Source: a virus
Taxonomy: Duplodnaviria > Heunggongvirae > Uroviricota > Caudoviricetes
Direction: 5' to 3' (one strand)
DNA length: 22,993 bases
IMG/VR virus record: IMGVR_UViG_3300000292_000175
Shown one piece after another: positions 1 to 9,125 of the stretch; positions within the stretch are counted from its first letter, which is position 1, and each line of letters opens with the position of its first letter. Both the position numbers and the translations under genes were made by a program. Under the pieces are notes generated by a model, which made no database searches, was not told where the DNA came from, and saw nothing but the letters and a program-made list of their open reading frames with translations.

Positions 1-129
1 ATCGGCACTCTGCGAGGGTGGCAACCACTCTGCCATTTGCCCGCCAAATCCTGCACCGCCACCGGTGTAGCTGAGGCTCTCCCGAAGCGGAACGCCGTTC
101 ACATCAATCAGGACAGGCGTTCGTTTCAT
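1..129 (-). CDS. B: Portal protein B, N-terminal 43 codons only; gene continues beyond window start
   Basis: Hand translation from ATG at 129 gives MKRTPVLIDVNGVPLRESLSYTGGGAGFGGQMAEWLPPSQSAD, resembling the lambda gpB N-terminus as I recall it. The ATG overlaps the W stop, as in lambda. Confidence 0.8.
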   Translation of the reverse strand, partial: MKRTPVLIDVNGVPLRESLSYTGGGAGFGGQMAEWLPPSQSAD

Positions 130-332
130 AACCTCACTCCCAGCGGACGACGGCGACACCGGGTTGTCCCCAGTACCGACTCCGCATCATTGATCGCCCG
201 GTTAAGCTCATCCAGAGAAGCTGCCGTATATTCAATTCTGCGACCATCTTTCTGGACAGACACCACCCGTTTACCGGTTAATAAATCAAGGCGCGCCTGA
301 CGCAGCGCCTGCAGTTCAGCGACTGTAACCAT
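126..332 (-). CDS. W: Head-tail joining (head completion) protein W
   Basis: 68-aa ORF; sequence essentially matches lambda gpW as recalled (ALRQARLDLLTGKRVVSVQKDGRRIEYTAASLDELNRAINDAESVL). Lies between A and B as in lambda. Confidence 0.9.
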   Translation of the reverse strand: MVTVAELQALRQARLDLLTGKRVVSVQKDGRRIEYTAASLDELNRAINDAESVLGTTRCRRRPLGVRL

Positions 333-2244
333 TCACTCCTCCGGACAGCTTCGCTGCCAGTTCTTTAAGGGTTGGCCGGGTCGTCTCTTCTTCCCGGGAT
401 TTTGCCAGTACAGCCAGATCAAGCTGCCAGCGTTGCACGGACACACGTAATGCCGCGTAGGCATACACCAGGCAGTCCAGCGCTTCGTTACGCCGCTTTT
501 TGTTATCCCACAGCAGACGCATCTTTCCTTTTTCCCACTTCTCCACAAGCTCTTCCGCGACCAGTTGCTGCGCCTCTGTCTGCGAAAAAATCTCCGGATC
601 ATCAGGAAAACGGATAGCATACGACGTGGCTTCATCCACAGGCGTGGGATCGGCTTTCATACGGGCATAGAGAATTTCTTTTGCGGTGTCCGTCCCCACT
701 TCGCACAGATACACGCCCCGCTGATTGCGGGTTTTTGGCATGGTGATCACCGGCTTGCCATAGACAGATGCGCCTTTTACCGGCAGCACCCGGAAAACAC
801 CGTGTTTTTTTGACCTCTGATAAACGATTTCGCCATCGATCCCCCCGATGTCCCAGCAGACACGGGAAATGGTCATTTCGGTTCCGTCTGCATGGCGGTA
901 TTTTTTGTTGATCGCCACATCCACACGTAACAGCGTCTCTTCCTCATCGGGACGCCCCATAATGATGATTTTATCCACCAGAAAGGCTTCCTCTCCCGGA
1001 GCCCATCCCCAGACATACATCTCAAAACGGTTTCGCTGCGAGTCAATGCCCGCCGTCAGATAAACCACCCGGGCAGGCACCGCCGCCGTGTAACGCACAA
1101 CCTTATCCATCAGCACCTGGTGATCGAGTTTTTCGCCCACGGCCTCTTCCCAGGTCTCGCCCAGCGTGGTGTTCACAAAGGTTTTCAGGCCGTTGGGATC
1201 TTTCAGTGCATCCAGCCAGTCATAGACAATCTGTACCCAGGTGGTGAACGGACTGTACGCCGTCCAGATATGGAATGTGATGGAGCGCGGCGGCGGAATT
1301 TCATTATCCGCGGCGCTGAAAAATGTCAGACCGTCACGAGTCCACATGCCCGTGTTTTCACAGATCCACCGCCCGTTACTCTGGTCAAGCTCAGACTGAT
1401 GGATCACACAGCCATGATGCTCACAAAGGTAGAAAACACTTTCTGGCTTATTCTTCTCCCACTTAAGACCGAAAGGCGAGGCATCATCGCCAAATTTCAG
1501 ATACTGCTCCTCCCCACAGTGCGGACAGGGCACATAAAAACGCATGAAATGTGCCGACTCGTTAGCGGCTTTTTCGATCTGGCAGGAGCCTTTGATTTTA
1601 GGCGTCGAGCCGCGAATGGATTTTGGCCATACAGAGCCCTCAATACGTTTATCCCCCAGCAGGGTTGGCGAACCCTCTTTTTCAACATCCGGTTCGAACG
1701 AGGAAAGCTCGTCATAACAGACCACATCCACGGATTTTTCACGGTAGTTTTTTGCTGCCGCACCACCCAGACACCAGAACCCCACACCGGAGGAAAAACG
1801 CTTCAGGGTGAGCGTATTATCGCGGTGTTTTCTTCCGAACCATGGAGCCAGCTCCAGCAATGCAGGAACATCCCTTATCGTTGGCTCAACATGAGATTTC
1901 ATAAAATCTTCAGCAGCTGAGTCCGTGGGCTGAAAAAGAAGGCTGTTGCGTGATTTATGCTCAATAAAATAAGCCTCCACTCCCAGCAACATCTTTGTAT
2001 AACCAACACGGGCAGATTTAATCAGGTTAACAGTGCGAATCAAATCGTTGCCCATACAGTTCATGATGCCAACCTGAAACGGCAGTGTTTCCCACCGCCC
2101 CGGGGTATAAGACGACTCTTTAGGAAGGTAATAATGTTTATTGGCCCACTGAACTGTCGTCAGTGGAACAGGAATAATGAGAGATAAAAGCCCTGTAGCT
2201 ATCGCACCGGCTGCATTAGCTGCCTTCTGTGCGTCTGAAATCAT
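316..2244 (-). CDS. A: Terminase large subunit (gpA)
   Basis: 656-aa ORF with long collinear similarity to lambda gpA ([16 protein letters not shown].., [48 protein letters not shown]). Start set at the second Met (MISDAQK) to give the lambda-like short overlap with Nu1; exact start uncertain. Confidence 0.9.
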   Translation of the reverse strand: MISDAQKAANAAGAIATGLLSLIIPVPLTTVQWANKHYYLPKESSYTPGRWETLPFQVGIMNCMGNDLIRTVNLIKSARVGYTKMLLGVEAYFIEHKSRNSLLFQPTDSAAEDFMKSHVEPTIRDVPALLELAPWFGRKHRDNTLTLKRFSSGVGFWCLGGAAAKNYREKSVDVVCYDELSSFEPDVEKEGSPTLLGDKRIEGSVWPKSIRGSTPKIKGSCQIEKAANESAHFMRFYVPCPHCGEEQYLKFGDDASPFGLKWEKNKPESVFYLCEHHGCVIHQSELDQSNGRWICENTGMWTRDGLTFFSAADNEIPPPRSITFHIWTAYSPFTTWVQIVYDWLDALKDPNGLKTFVNTTLGETWEEAVGEKLDHQVLMDKVVRYTAAVPARVVYLTAGIDSQRNRFEMYVWGWAPGEEAFLVDKIIIMGRPDEEETLLRVDVAINKKYRHADGTEMTISRVCWDIGGIDGEIVYQRSKKHGVFRVLPVKGASVYGKPVITMPKTRNQRGVYLCEVGTDTAKEILYARMKADPTPVDEATSYAIRFPDDPEIFSQTEAQQLVAEELVEKWEKGKMRLLWDNKKRRNEALDCLVYAYAALRVSVQRWQLDLAVLAKSREEETTRPTLKELAAKLSGGVNGYSR

Positions 2245-2764
2245 CGATCCACCCGCCCACGTTTTCACCGGCCTTAGCTGCAACATTGGAGGCTTTCGCG
2301 ATTTCAGTTTTCACCACATCAAGGTGTGATGGTGAAATGTCCGGATATTTACGCTGTAATGTCAACGGCACACGCACAAGTATCCCCGAAATCTCCTGTG
2401 CCACACGTTGCAGAATGAAGGTAAACAGTTCAGTTTCCAGCACCACTCCGTCTTCACGGGCATTTTTCAGTTCCTGCGCATCTGCCTGCGCTTTTGTGAG
2501 CCGGTAGCGTTCATAGTCAATGGTGCCGGGTTGTAAATCTGACTCCGCTGCCGCACGCAAATCGGCCAGTTCTTTGCGGAGCTTTTCGTTTTCGATATCA
2601 GTTTCCCTCTGCGCATACCACTGAATTGCCATGGCAGTATCAAATACAGATTCAATGCCCTTACTGCCTTTGGAGACGCAAGGGAGCCCCTGAGACTGCC
2701 AGCGTTCAATCGTCCGCGGGTCCACGTTAAAAATTTCGGCAAGCCTCTTTTTATTAACCTTCAT
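2216..2764 (-). CDS. nu1: Terminase small subunit (Nu1)
   Basis: Similar to lambda Nu1 from [12 protein letters not shown] (HTH) through [27 protein letters not shown]. Start taken at the internal Met at 2764 rather than the ORF-track Met at 2788. Confidence 0.88.
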   Translation of the reverse strand: MKVNKKRLAEIFNVDPRTIERWQSQGLPCVSKGSKGIESVFDTAMAIQWYAQRETDIENEKLRKELADLRAAAESDLQPGTIDYERYRLTKAQADAQELKNAREDGVVLETELFTFILQRVAQEISGILVRVPLTLQRKYPDISPSHLDVVKTEIAKASNVAAKAGENVGGWIDDFRRTEGS

Positions 2765-2939
2765 AGAACAACCCATTATCAAATACAAGGCCCGACATGA
2801 AAACGCCAGAAAAAGGCATTTTCGGACACTTTCATGTCGGACCTTTACGGATGCAATATTAAAAAAAACAAAAAGTTATATTCGAGAAGTACCGACACGA
2901 TTTTCCCTGAAAAATTTTCATAAATAGTGAAAAACCGCG

Positions 2940-2951
2940 AGGTCGCCGCCC
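2940..2951 (-). other. cos: cosN 12-nt cohesive-end site of a lambda-type cos; cosB lies between here and the nu1 start (about 2765-2939), cosQ side about 2952-2990
   Basis: Minus strand reads caggttacg-GGGCGGCGACCT-cgcggtttttcactatttatgaaaatttt, matching the lambda cos junction (right end ...GTTACG, then left end GGGCGGCGACCTCGCGGGTTTTCGCTATTTATGAAAATTTTCC) as I recall it. Confidence 0.85.
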
Positions 2952-3099
2952 CGTAACCTGTTGGATCGACGGAAAGGACCCGAAAACGAGAATAATTATC
3001 ACTTACAGCAAGAATCGAATCTGATCTATTATGGTGCTTGCTATTATGTGCCGGCACAAGTGCGTCGTTTACCGTCATTTCACACAGAGGCATCATCAA

Positions 3100-3351
3100 A
3101 TGAAAATCAGAAATATTCTCGCTATCTCCCTTGCGACATCATCCTTCAGTTGCCTGGCATTTAAATCCTCGCCCAATGTGCTACCAGGACCAACGAATCA
3201 ACTAACTGCGGTAGAAAGTAAAATTATCGGACATTTTTATGCCCCACACAGTACATTACCCGGAACAACCATCACAGGGACATGTGACGCCTCCCCCGTC
3301 CCGGGATGCACCTGTCCGTTTTGTACTATGCTGCGTAGCCAAAACCGATAA
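3100..3351 (+). CDS. Hypothetical small secreted Cys-rich protein (signal peptide predicted by eye)
   Basis: GAGG 8 nt upstream of ATG at 3100. N-terminus MKIRNILAISLATSSFSCLA looks like a Sec signal peptide; C-terminus has TCDASPVPGCTCPFC. No family recognised. Confidence 0.4.
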   Translation: MKIRNILAISLATSSFSCLAFKSSPNVLPGPTNQLTAVESKIIGHFYAPHSTLPGTTITGTCDASPVPGCTCPFCTMLRSQNR

Positions 3352-3788
3352 CATCCGCATTTACCTGGTATTCCATGATGAGTTCACGCAGCGACTGATA
3401 GAGGAAGGAAAGATGGTTAGTAAAAGCAAGGCGCATTGCCGCCGCATGCTGCAGGCATTGCAACAGACGAGAGCAGGTATTTTTGACCAGTTGGAAAACT
3501 GCCAGCATACTTTGCCCGAGTATATCGCCATCTCATCGGAAACCAGTGCAACTCTTATTCATCGGGTTCCNNNNNNNNNNNNNNNNNNNNNNNNNNNNNN
3601 NNNNNNNNNNNNNNNNNNNNNNNNNNNNNNNNNNNNNNNNNNNNACCAGAGAAAAAGAAGAAATGAACAGTGAGGCGTTGTGTGGCATACAACGCCTTCT
3701 TCCATCATTCCTCGTCAGCCATGACAAAAATATAACCGCTGGCTCTTTCATTTTTCTCCTGCTTCCAGCCCCTCTCTACCTGGAAGCA

Positions 3789-4115
3789 TCAAGGACGTGA
3801 CGGCGTAAAGATAAATTGTCTCTTCACTCCCTGACAGGGGCGATTCTTTTCAAATCGCCATTTCGCCATGGCCTTCACCACTTCATCACGAAACAAATTA
3901 TGAGGCTCTGAGCGGAGAAAAACGATCCGTGTCACAGTCCCATCAGCACCAATATCGAACTTAACCTCAACCAGCCCCTTGATATAATTTGCTGCAGCAT
4001 ATTCCGGATATCGTGGATACACCGTCACTAATTGCCGGGGCTCATCAGCTTTTTGCTGCGAGCATCCCACTGCCAGGACAGATAACAGAAAAAGTAGTAA
4101 AAGGCGTCTTTTCAT
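3789..4115 (-). CDS. Lipoprotein with TonB C-terminal-like domain
   Basis: Start taken at MKRRLLLLFLLSVLAVGC (lipobox LAVGC). C-terminal region YPRYPEYAAANYIKGLVEVKFDIGADGTVTRIVFL...AKWRF fits the TonB_C pattern. Confidence 0.55.
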   Translation of the reverse strand: MKRRLLLLFLLSVLAVGCSQQKADEPRQLVTVYPRYPEYAAANYIKGLVEVKFDIGADGTVTRIVFLRSEPHNLFRDEVVKAMAKWRFEKNRPCQGVKRQFIFTPSRP

Positions 4116-4595
4116 TTTTATTCCTACGGGTCTTATTCTGACAATATATCCTGTGTTCCAGACTGCCACATCACCACATCCTGTGCCATTATCTGACTCA
4201 CATTACATACATCGCATCGGGATACAGTAGTAGCACTTTCTGTAATACAGCTTCCTGTTTCTTCCACCATCGCACCGGGATAAACCCGCGAATCATTAAC
4301 GCGGTAAAAACCCGGTGTGCATCGTTTTTAATTATTCCCGCACACTCACGCAGAAGGAATTCCCCGTCGGGCTACGGTCATGGTTAATGCGGGAATACGG
4401 CGACGATACAGCGCAGCTAAAAGGGTAATGGACGGATAGACCGGTTTATTTCATTCCACAGGATTCTGAGTGTCCCCAACTTCCTCCAATAGTCTGAGCC
4501 CACCTGTGTAGTTTTAATTTTCATCAATCCATTTAACTATCGTTTAATTGTTGTCACATAGGATTCTGCCGTTTTTAACAATGCAGGATAATAAG

Positions 4596-4889
4596 ATGAA
4601 AAAAATGTTGTTTTCTGCCGCTCTGGCAATGCTTATTACAGGATGTGCTCAACAGACGTTTACTGTTGGAAACAAACCTACAGCAGTAACACCAAAGGAA
4701 ACCATCACCCATCATTTCTTCGTTTCGGGAATTGGGCAGAAGAAAACTGTCGATGCAGCAAAAATTTGTGGTGGTGCAGAAAATGTTGTTAAAACAGAAA
4801 CCCAGCAAACATTCGTAAATGGATTGCTCGGTTTTATTACTTTAGGCATTTATACTCCGCTGGAAGCGCGTGTGTATTGCTCACAATAA
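4596..4889 (+). CDS. bor: Bor lipoprotein (serum-resistance lipoprotein)
   Basis: 97-aa product MKKMLFSAALAMLITGCAQQTFTV...LEARVYCSQ, near-identical to lambda Bor as recalled. Opposite strand to the lysis genes, as in lambda. Confidence 0.92.
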   Translation: MKKMLFSAALAMLITGCAQQTFTVGNKPTAVTPKETITHHFFVSGIGQKKTVDAAKICGGAENVVKTETQQTFVNGLLGFITLGIYTPLEARVYCSQ

Positions 4890-4920
4890 TTGCATGAGTT
4901 GCCCATCGATATGGGCAGCT

Positions 4921-5382
4921 CTATCTGCACTGCTCATTAATATACTTCTGGGTTCCTTCCAGTTGTTTTTGCATAGTGATCAGCCTCTCTCTGAGGGTGA
5001 AATAATCCCGTTCAGCGGTGTCTGCCAGTCGGGGGGAGGCTGCATTATCCACGCCGGAGGCGGTGGTGGCTTCACGCACTGACTGACAGACTGCTTTGAT
5101 GTGCAACCGACGACGACCAGCGGCAACATCATCACGCAGAGCATCATTTTCAGCTTTCGCATCAGCTAACTCCTTCGTGTATTTTGCATCGAGCGCAGCA
5201 ACATCACGCTGACGCATCTGTATGTCAGTAATTACCGCGTTCGCCAGCGTCAGTTCTCTGGCATTTTTGTCGCGCTGGGCTTTGTAGGTAATGGCGTTAT
5301 CACGGTAATGATTAACAGCCCATGACAGGCAGACGATGATGCAGATAACCAGAGCGGAGATAATCGCGGTTACTCTGTTCAT
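4921..5382 (-). CDS. Rz: Rz inner-membrane spanin
   Basis: 153 aa from [43 protein letters not shown], essentially lambda Rz. ATG overlaps the R stop. Confidence 0.9.
   Translation of the reverse strand: MNRVTAIISALVICIIVCLSWAVNHYRDNAITYKAQRDKNARELTLANAVITDIQMRQRDVAALDAKYTKELADAKAENDALRDDVAAGRRRLHIKAVCQSVREATTASGVDNAASPRLADTAERDYFTLRERLITMQKQLEGTQKYINEQCR
4980..5162 (-). CDS. Rz1: Rz1 outer-membrane lipoprotein spanin, embedded in Rz in the +1 frame
   Basis: 60 aa [24 protein letters not shown]...PPPPPAW..., matching lambda Rz1; lipobox VVGC; lies wholly inside Rz. Confidence 0.85.
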   Translation of the reverse strand: MRKLKMMLCVMMLPLVVVGCTSKQSVSQCVKPPPPPAWIMQPPPDWQTPLNGIISPSERG

Positions 5383-5876
5383 TGCTGACCCCACAAACAG
5401 ATTTCACGCTCAATCTCACGACGAGTCATGAGACCTTTCCATTGCTTACCGCCAGCATATGTCCAGCGACGTAGCTGATCACATGCGCCTTTGATATCGC
5501 CCTGGTTTATTTTGCGAAGAAGCGTCGATGTTCTGAAATTGCCAGCACCCACGTTGTAAACGAATGAGTAAAGAGCGCCGCGCATTGTTTCCGGTATATC
5601 GACTTTGATGTACGGGTTAATTTGTCTGGCGACCGTGGCAAGGTCTTTATTCAGGAGGGCTTTGCATTCTGCTTTGGTATACGTTTTACCGAGCATGATG
5701 TCTTTTCCTGTATGCCCGTGACATACAGTCCATACACCAACAATATCTTTGTATGGTATGTAGCTGACACCTTCCAGACCATCGTTACCACTTGGGCCAG
5801 TGATTAACACTGATGCTATAGCAATTGCTCCGCCACCAATAGCAGCAGCAACGGCTTTTCGTAATGATGGAGGCAT
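5379..5876 (-). CDS. R: SAR endolysin (T4-lysozyme-like, phage-21 R type)
   Basis: 165 aa. N-terminal Gly/Ala-rich weakly hydrophobic segment [23 protein letters not shown] (signal-anchor-release-like), then [25 protein letters not shown] with E-D-T spacing typical of GH24 lysozymes. Not lambda R. Confidence 0.88.
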   Translation of the reverse strand: MPPSLRKAVAAAIGGGAIAIASVLITGPSGNDGLEGVSYIPYKDIVGVWTVCHGHTGKDIMLGKTYTKAECKALLNKDLATVARQINPYIKVDIPETMRGALYSFVYNVGAGNFRTSTLLRKINQGDIKGACDQLRRWTYAGGKQWKGLMTRREIEREICLWGQQ

Positions 5877-6091
5877 TATTCACCTCTCGCAGCCTTGCGC
5901 TTATCTTCTTTAATCTTGAAATAAAGGTTTGTCAGGTACGTCAGCAGGCCAAATACCAGGCTACCCAGCACACCTATTGCCGCCCACTGTGAGGGCGTGA
6001 CTTTATCGAGCAACTGTAAAAACCAGTACCCGGCACTACCTGCTGAGGTACCATAGGCGACACCCGTTGTTAACTTATCCATGGATTTCAT
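5876..6091 (-). CDS. S: Class II holin (pinholin, phage-21 S type) with dual-start motif
   Basis: 71 aa [28 protein letters not shown]...[14 protein letters not shown]...KRKAARGE; Met1 and Met4 dual start; two predicted TM segments; directly upstream of the SAR endolysin. Confidence 0.86.
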
Positions 6092-6234
6092 AACCCCACC
6101 TCGCAGACAAAGCGGGTGTAAATTAAGGGGATACTACGTATCGCAATAAAGGCAGAAACGTAACAGATTCGGAGTCAGTGAATAACTCAGGTATTGGGTT
6201 ATCAGCTAATATCGAGACTCAAAAAATGGAAAAA

Positions 6235-6253
6235 CCCGCTCGACGGCGGGTTT
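6235..6253 (-). terminator. Intrinsic terminator hairpin (cccgc/gcggg stem) with a U-run on the minus-strand side
   Basis: aaaaaCCCGCtcgacgGCGGGttt; on the minus strand the hairpin is followed by tttttccatttttt. Lies between the porin upstream region and S. Confidence 0.45.
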
Positions 6254-6679
6254 AAGCTGTGTGACGAAGTAACCACTCTTAACAGCATAACCAATTTTTT
6301 ACGTACGTAAACTACTAAATGATATTTGTGAGAATGCCACCGAGTGTTCAAAACACCACCACAAATGCATAAGAAAACTTCAACAAATAACCAGTTAATA
6401 ATTTCCGATGTTATTTTTAGTTTGTTTAAATTAAGCTAAAGAATTATAGAGCACTTATAAATAAGTGCCATTAATATAAATTAGCTAATAGATTTATTTT
6501 TGTTCAGACAAGAGCCATGAATAGGATTAGATAGAAAAGGTTCAGATAAAAATAGAGATCTACTTCACAAATTAAATGAGAAACTAAAACTTACATCTTG
6601 AAATAATCACATTGATTAGATGAATATTTATCGCGCAGTGACATCATTTTTTAATAATAGTTCAAAAAAAGGGCGTACA

Positions 6680-7762
6680 ATGAAAAAATTAACAGTGGCA
6701 ATTTCTGCTGTAGCTGCATCAGTACTGATGGCGATGTCTGCTCAGGCAGCTGAAATTTATAATAAAGACAGTAACAAGCTGGATCTATACGGGAAAGTTA
6801 ATGCCAAGCACTACTTCTCCTCTAATGATGCAGATGATGGTGATACTACTTATGCCCGTCTTGGCTTCAAAGGTGAAACCCAAATCAACGATCAACTGAC
6901 TGGTTTCGGTCAGTGGGAATATGAATTCAAAGGCAACCGTGCTGAATCTCAAGGTTCTTCCAAAGACAAAACCCGTCTTGCATTTGCAGGCCTGAAATTT
7001 GGTGATTACGGCTCAATCGATTACGGCCGTAACTACGGTGTAGCATACGACATCGGTGCGTGGACTGACGTTCTGCCAGAATTCGGTGGTGATACCTGGA
7101 CCCAAACAGATGTGTTCATGACTGGTCGCACTACTGGTGTTGCAACTTATCGTAACAACGACTTCTTTGGTCTGGTCGATGGCCTGAACTTTGCTGCTCA
7201 GTATCAGGGTAAAAATGACCGCACTGACGTAACTGAAGCCAATGGTGATGGTTTCGGTTTCTCCACTACTTATGAGTATGAAGGATTCGGCGTGGGTGCA
7301 ACCTATGCTAAATCAGATCGCACTGACGGTCAGGTCGCCTATGGTAAGAGCAAATTCAATGCCTCCGGCAAAAATGCGGAAGTATGGGCTGCAGGCCTGA
7401 AATATGATGCGAACAATATCTATCTGGCTACCACATATTCTGAAACTCAGAATATGACCGTTTTTGGTAATAACCATATTGCAAACAAAGCACAAAACTT
7501 TGAAGCAGTAGCACAATATCAGTTTGACTTCGGTCTGCGTCCATCTGTTGCTTACCTTCAGTCAAAAGGTAAAGACCTTGGTGTTCATGGTGACCGAGAC
7601 TTAGTCAAGTATGTCGATGTCGGTGCTACTTACTACTTTAATAAAAACATGTCCACTTTTGTTGATTACAAAATCAACTTAATTGACGATAGTAAGTTTA
7701 CCAAAACAGCTGGTATTGATACCGACGACATCGTCGCTGTAGGTCTGGTTTATCAGTTCTAA
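6680..7762 (+). CDS. nmpC: Outer-membrane general porin (OmpC/OmpF family), prophage-borne NmpC/Lc type
   Basis: 360 aa with signal peptide [23 protein letters not shown], porin hallmarks ([25 protein letters not shown]-terminal VAVGLVYQF). Opposite to Q and S, matching the DLP12 quuD-nmpC-essD layout. Confidence 0.9.
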   Translation: MKKLTVAISAVAASVLMAMSAQAAEIYNKDSNKLDLYGKVNAKHYFSSNDADDGDTTYARLGFKGETQINDQLTGFGQWEYEFKGNRAESQGSSKDKTRLAFAGLKFGDYGSIDYGRNYGVAYDIGAWTDVLPEFGGDTWTQTDVFMTGRTTGVATYRNNDFFGLVDGLNFAAQYQGKNDRTDVTEANGDGFGFSTTYEYEGFGVGATYAKSDRTDGQVAYGKSKFNASGKNAEVWAAGLKYDANNIYLATTYSETQNMTVFGNNHIANKAQNFEAVAQYQFDFGLRPSVAYLQSKGKDLGVHGDRDLVKYVDVGATYYFNKNMSTFVDYKINLIDDSKFTKTAGIDTDDIVAVGLVYQF

Positions 7763-7780
7763 TCTGACTTACGAAAAAGA

Positions 7781-7814
7781 TATGTTGCGGGAGGCTTTGC
7801 CTCCGCAACATATA
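7781..7814 (-). terminator. Hairpin with U-run on the minus strand; candidate tR' for a short late-promoter transcript
   Basis: tatgttgcgggaggc-tttg-cctccgcaacata; the minus-strand reading is followed by tctttttcg. Lies downstream (minus sense) of Q. Confidence 0.4.
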
Positions 7815-7890
7815 AGTGGAGCCCTCAAGCCACTTCCTTTAGAAGCACTACCTTGCTTCTTACTATATAAACCTTCTGTTATATATTACC

Positions 7891-7914
7891 CTTTATTTTG
7901 GGGGCGTTTCCACG
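7891..7914 (+). terminator. Intrinsic terminator (GGGGCGT/ACGCCCC stem followed by ATTTTT), probable porin terminator
   Basis: ggggcgt-ttcc-acgcccc followed by atttttaat on the plus strand, about 130 nt past the porin stop. Confidence 0.55.
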
Positions 7915-7950
7915 CCCCATTTTTAATAACTTTTAGTAAACAATTGCATA

Positions 7951-8334
7951 TCAATTAGAATTATTAGCAACGATATCCATATCTAACCGGATATCTAATG
8001 CCATTAACATCCCTTCAATTATGCCCTCAGCCTTCTGTAACCTTTTCCCGATATAACCATCCGAGCAGCAATGCTTACTTGCCAGTGACATGAATGTCAT
8101 ACCACATACATAATAATCTACTAATAAATCGTGTAAATCGCTGTTGTTCTTTTTCAGACGGGCCATGCACCCGCAAATGATCATCGCGTCATCGTCACAA
8201 CATTGCGGGCGAGATTTTACTTTTGAAGGAATTAATCCCTTAAAACCGGCGGCAATGGACGACCAGGTCACATCTTCATGATTATTAGCCGCCCACGCAC
8301 CCCAACGCTCAAGAACCATCTGAATATCACGCAT
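7951..8334 (-). CDS. Q: Late-gene antiterminator Q (phage-21/DLP12 QuuD type)
   Basis: Product from [24 protein letters not shown]... with Cys cluster [15 protein letters not shown], matching E. coli QuuD as recalled. Start taken at the internal Met at 8334. Confidence 0.85.
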   Translation of the reverse strand: MRDIQMVLERWGAWAANNHEDVTWSSIAAGFKGLIPSKVKSRPQCCDDDAMIICGCMARLKKNNSDLHDLLVDYYVCGMTFMSLASKHCCSDGYIGKRLQKAEGIIEGMLMALDIRLDMDIVANNSN

Positions 8335-8419
8335 CAACTTACTCCACAAAAATCAGACCAGAACGCCAATTACAAGCAAAAATCAACAAAACAGTATTAG
8401 TTGATTGTTATCTCTGACT

Positions 8420-8560
8420 TCATACTCCTGTTCCTGTCAGGGTTTTGGCGTAATTCTTCAGTATTCGGTAATCGGTCAAAACAGAACCGAGGAAACGATA
8501 TAAGCGCAGACGCCCCCAGCGGTGGCGAAGAAGTTCTGCCATATTAAACTCAAACATCAT
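8420..8560 (-). CDS. ylcG: YlcG-like small protein
   Basis: 46 codons [46 protein letters not shown] by hand translation. ATG overlaps the rusA stop. Below the ORF-track length cutoff. Confidence 0.55.
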   Translation of the reverse strand: MMFEFNMAELLRHRWGRLRLYRFLGSVLTDYRILKNYAKTLTGTGV

Positions 8561-8919
8561 TCATTCCCCATTTCGGTGATGGTCAGTTCCAGCCTCCCAC
8601 CTTTGGTAACAGGCATCTTCACAACGCGGTAATCAACGACCTGAGCATCATCCAGCCAGAAACCTGCTTTAGTGAGTGCGTCAAAAGCGGCTTTTTGCAG
8701 ATTATCCAGGTCACGGCGACGGCGATCCGGCATGTGGCACTCAATGCGGATTTTCACAGGCATAGCCAGGCCGATATCCAGCATTGCGTTTTTAATGATT
8801 CGGGCGACGTTATCGCGGTATGCCTGCCCCTCTGCGCTGACGTGCGTGCGCCCGCGATTATGGCGGTAATAGCGATTATTGCTCGGAGGCCAGGGTAATG
8901 TGATGCTGTAGGTATTCAC
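8557..8919 (-). CDS. rusA: Holliday-junction resolvase RusA
   Basis: 120 aa [38 protein letters not shown]...[15 protein letters not shown], matching DLP12 RusA as recalled. Start codon is GTG at 8919. Confidence 0.92.
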   Translation of the reverse strand: MNTYSITLPWPPSNNRYYRHNRGRTHVSAEGQAYRDNVARIIKNAMLDIGLAMPVKIRIECHMPDRRRRDLDNLQKAAFDALTKAGFWLDDAQVVDYRVVKMPVTKGGRLELTITEMGNE

Positions 8920-9044
8920 GCCTTAATAACCCCCTCTTTCAGCCACATAACCTGTGTTCTCGCCATACCTTCCAGCGCGCATTCTTTTGCATATGCAGCA
9001 TCGACTTGCTTGGCATGCCCTTTACCGGCAATCTTCTGTATGCG
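8916..9044 (-). pseudogene. ybcO: Truncated ybcO-like remnant (C-terminal about 42 codons, no start codon)
   Basis: The frame ending in TGA overlapping the rusA GTG reads ..[31 protein letters not shown], resembling the YbcO C-terminus. Upstream in-frame TAG stops and no N-terminal half. The ORF-track 64-aa ORF 8939-9133 is in a different frame. Confidence 0.4.
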
Positions 9045-9125
9045 CTAAACCTAGATAGAATCCACTCTGTGCACATTGAAGCCCGCTCTATGCTTTCTTT
9101 CAGGTATTGAAGGGATTGAGATGGG

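Noticed and set aside
1120-1920. 266-aa plus-strand ORF
   Set aside because: Lies entirely antisense within terminase A, which has strong collinear similarity to lambda gpA; treated as a shadow ORF.
2845-3099. 84-aa minus-strand ORF spanning the cos site
   Set aside because: Overlaps cosN/cosB regulatory DNA; no RBS or recognisable product; likely spurious.
3239-3673. 144-aa plus ORF and overlapping 60-aa minus ORF (3326-3508)
   Set aside because: The plus ORF's length is an artefact of reading through the N-run, and I cannot decide between the strands; reported as a finding only.
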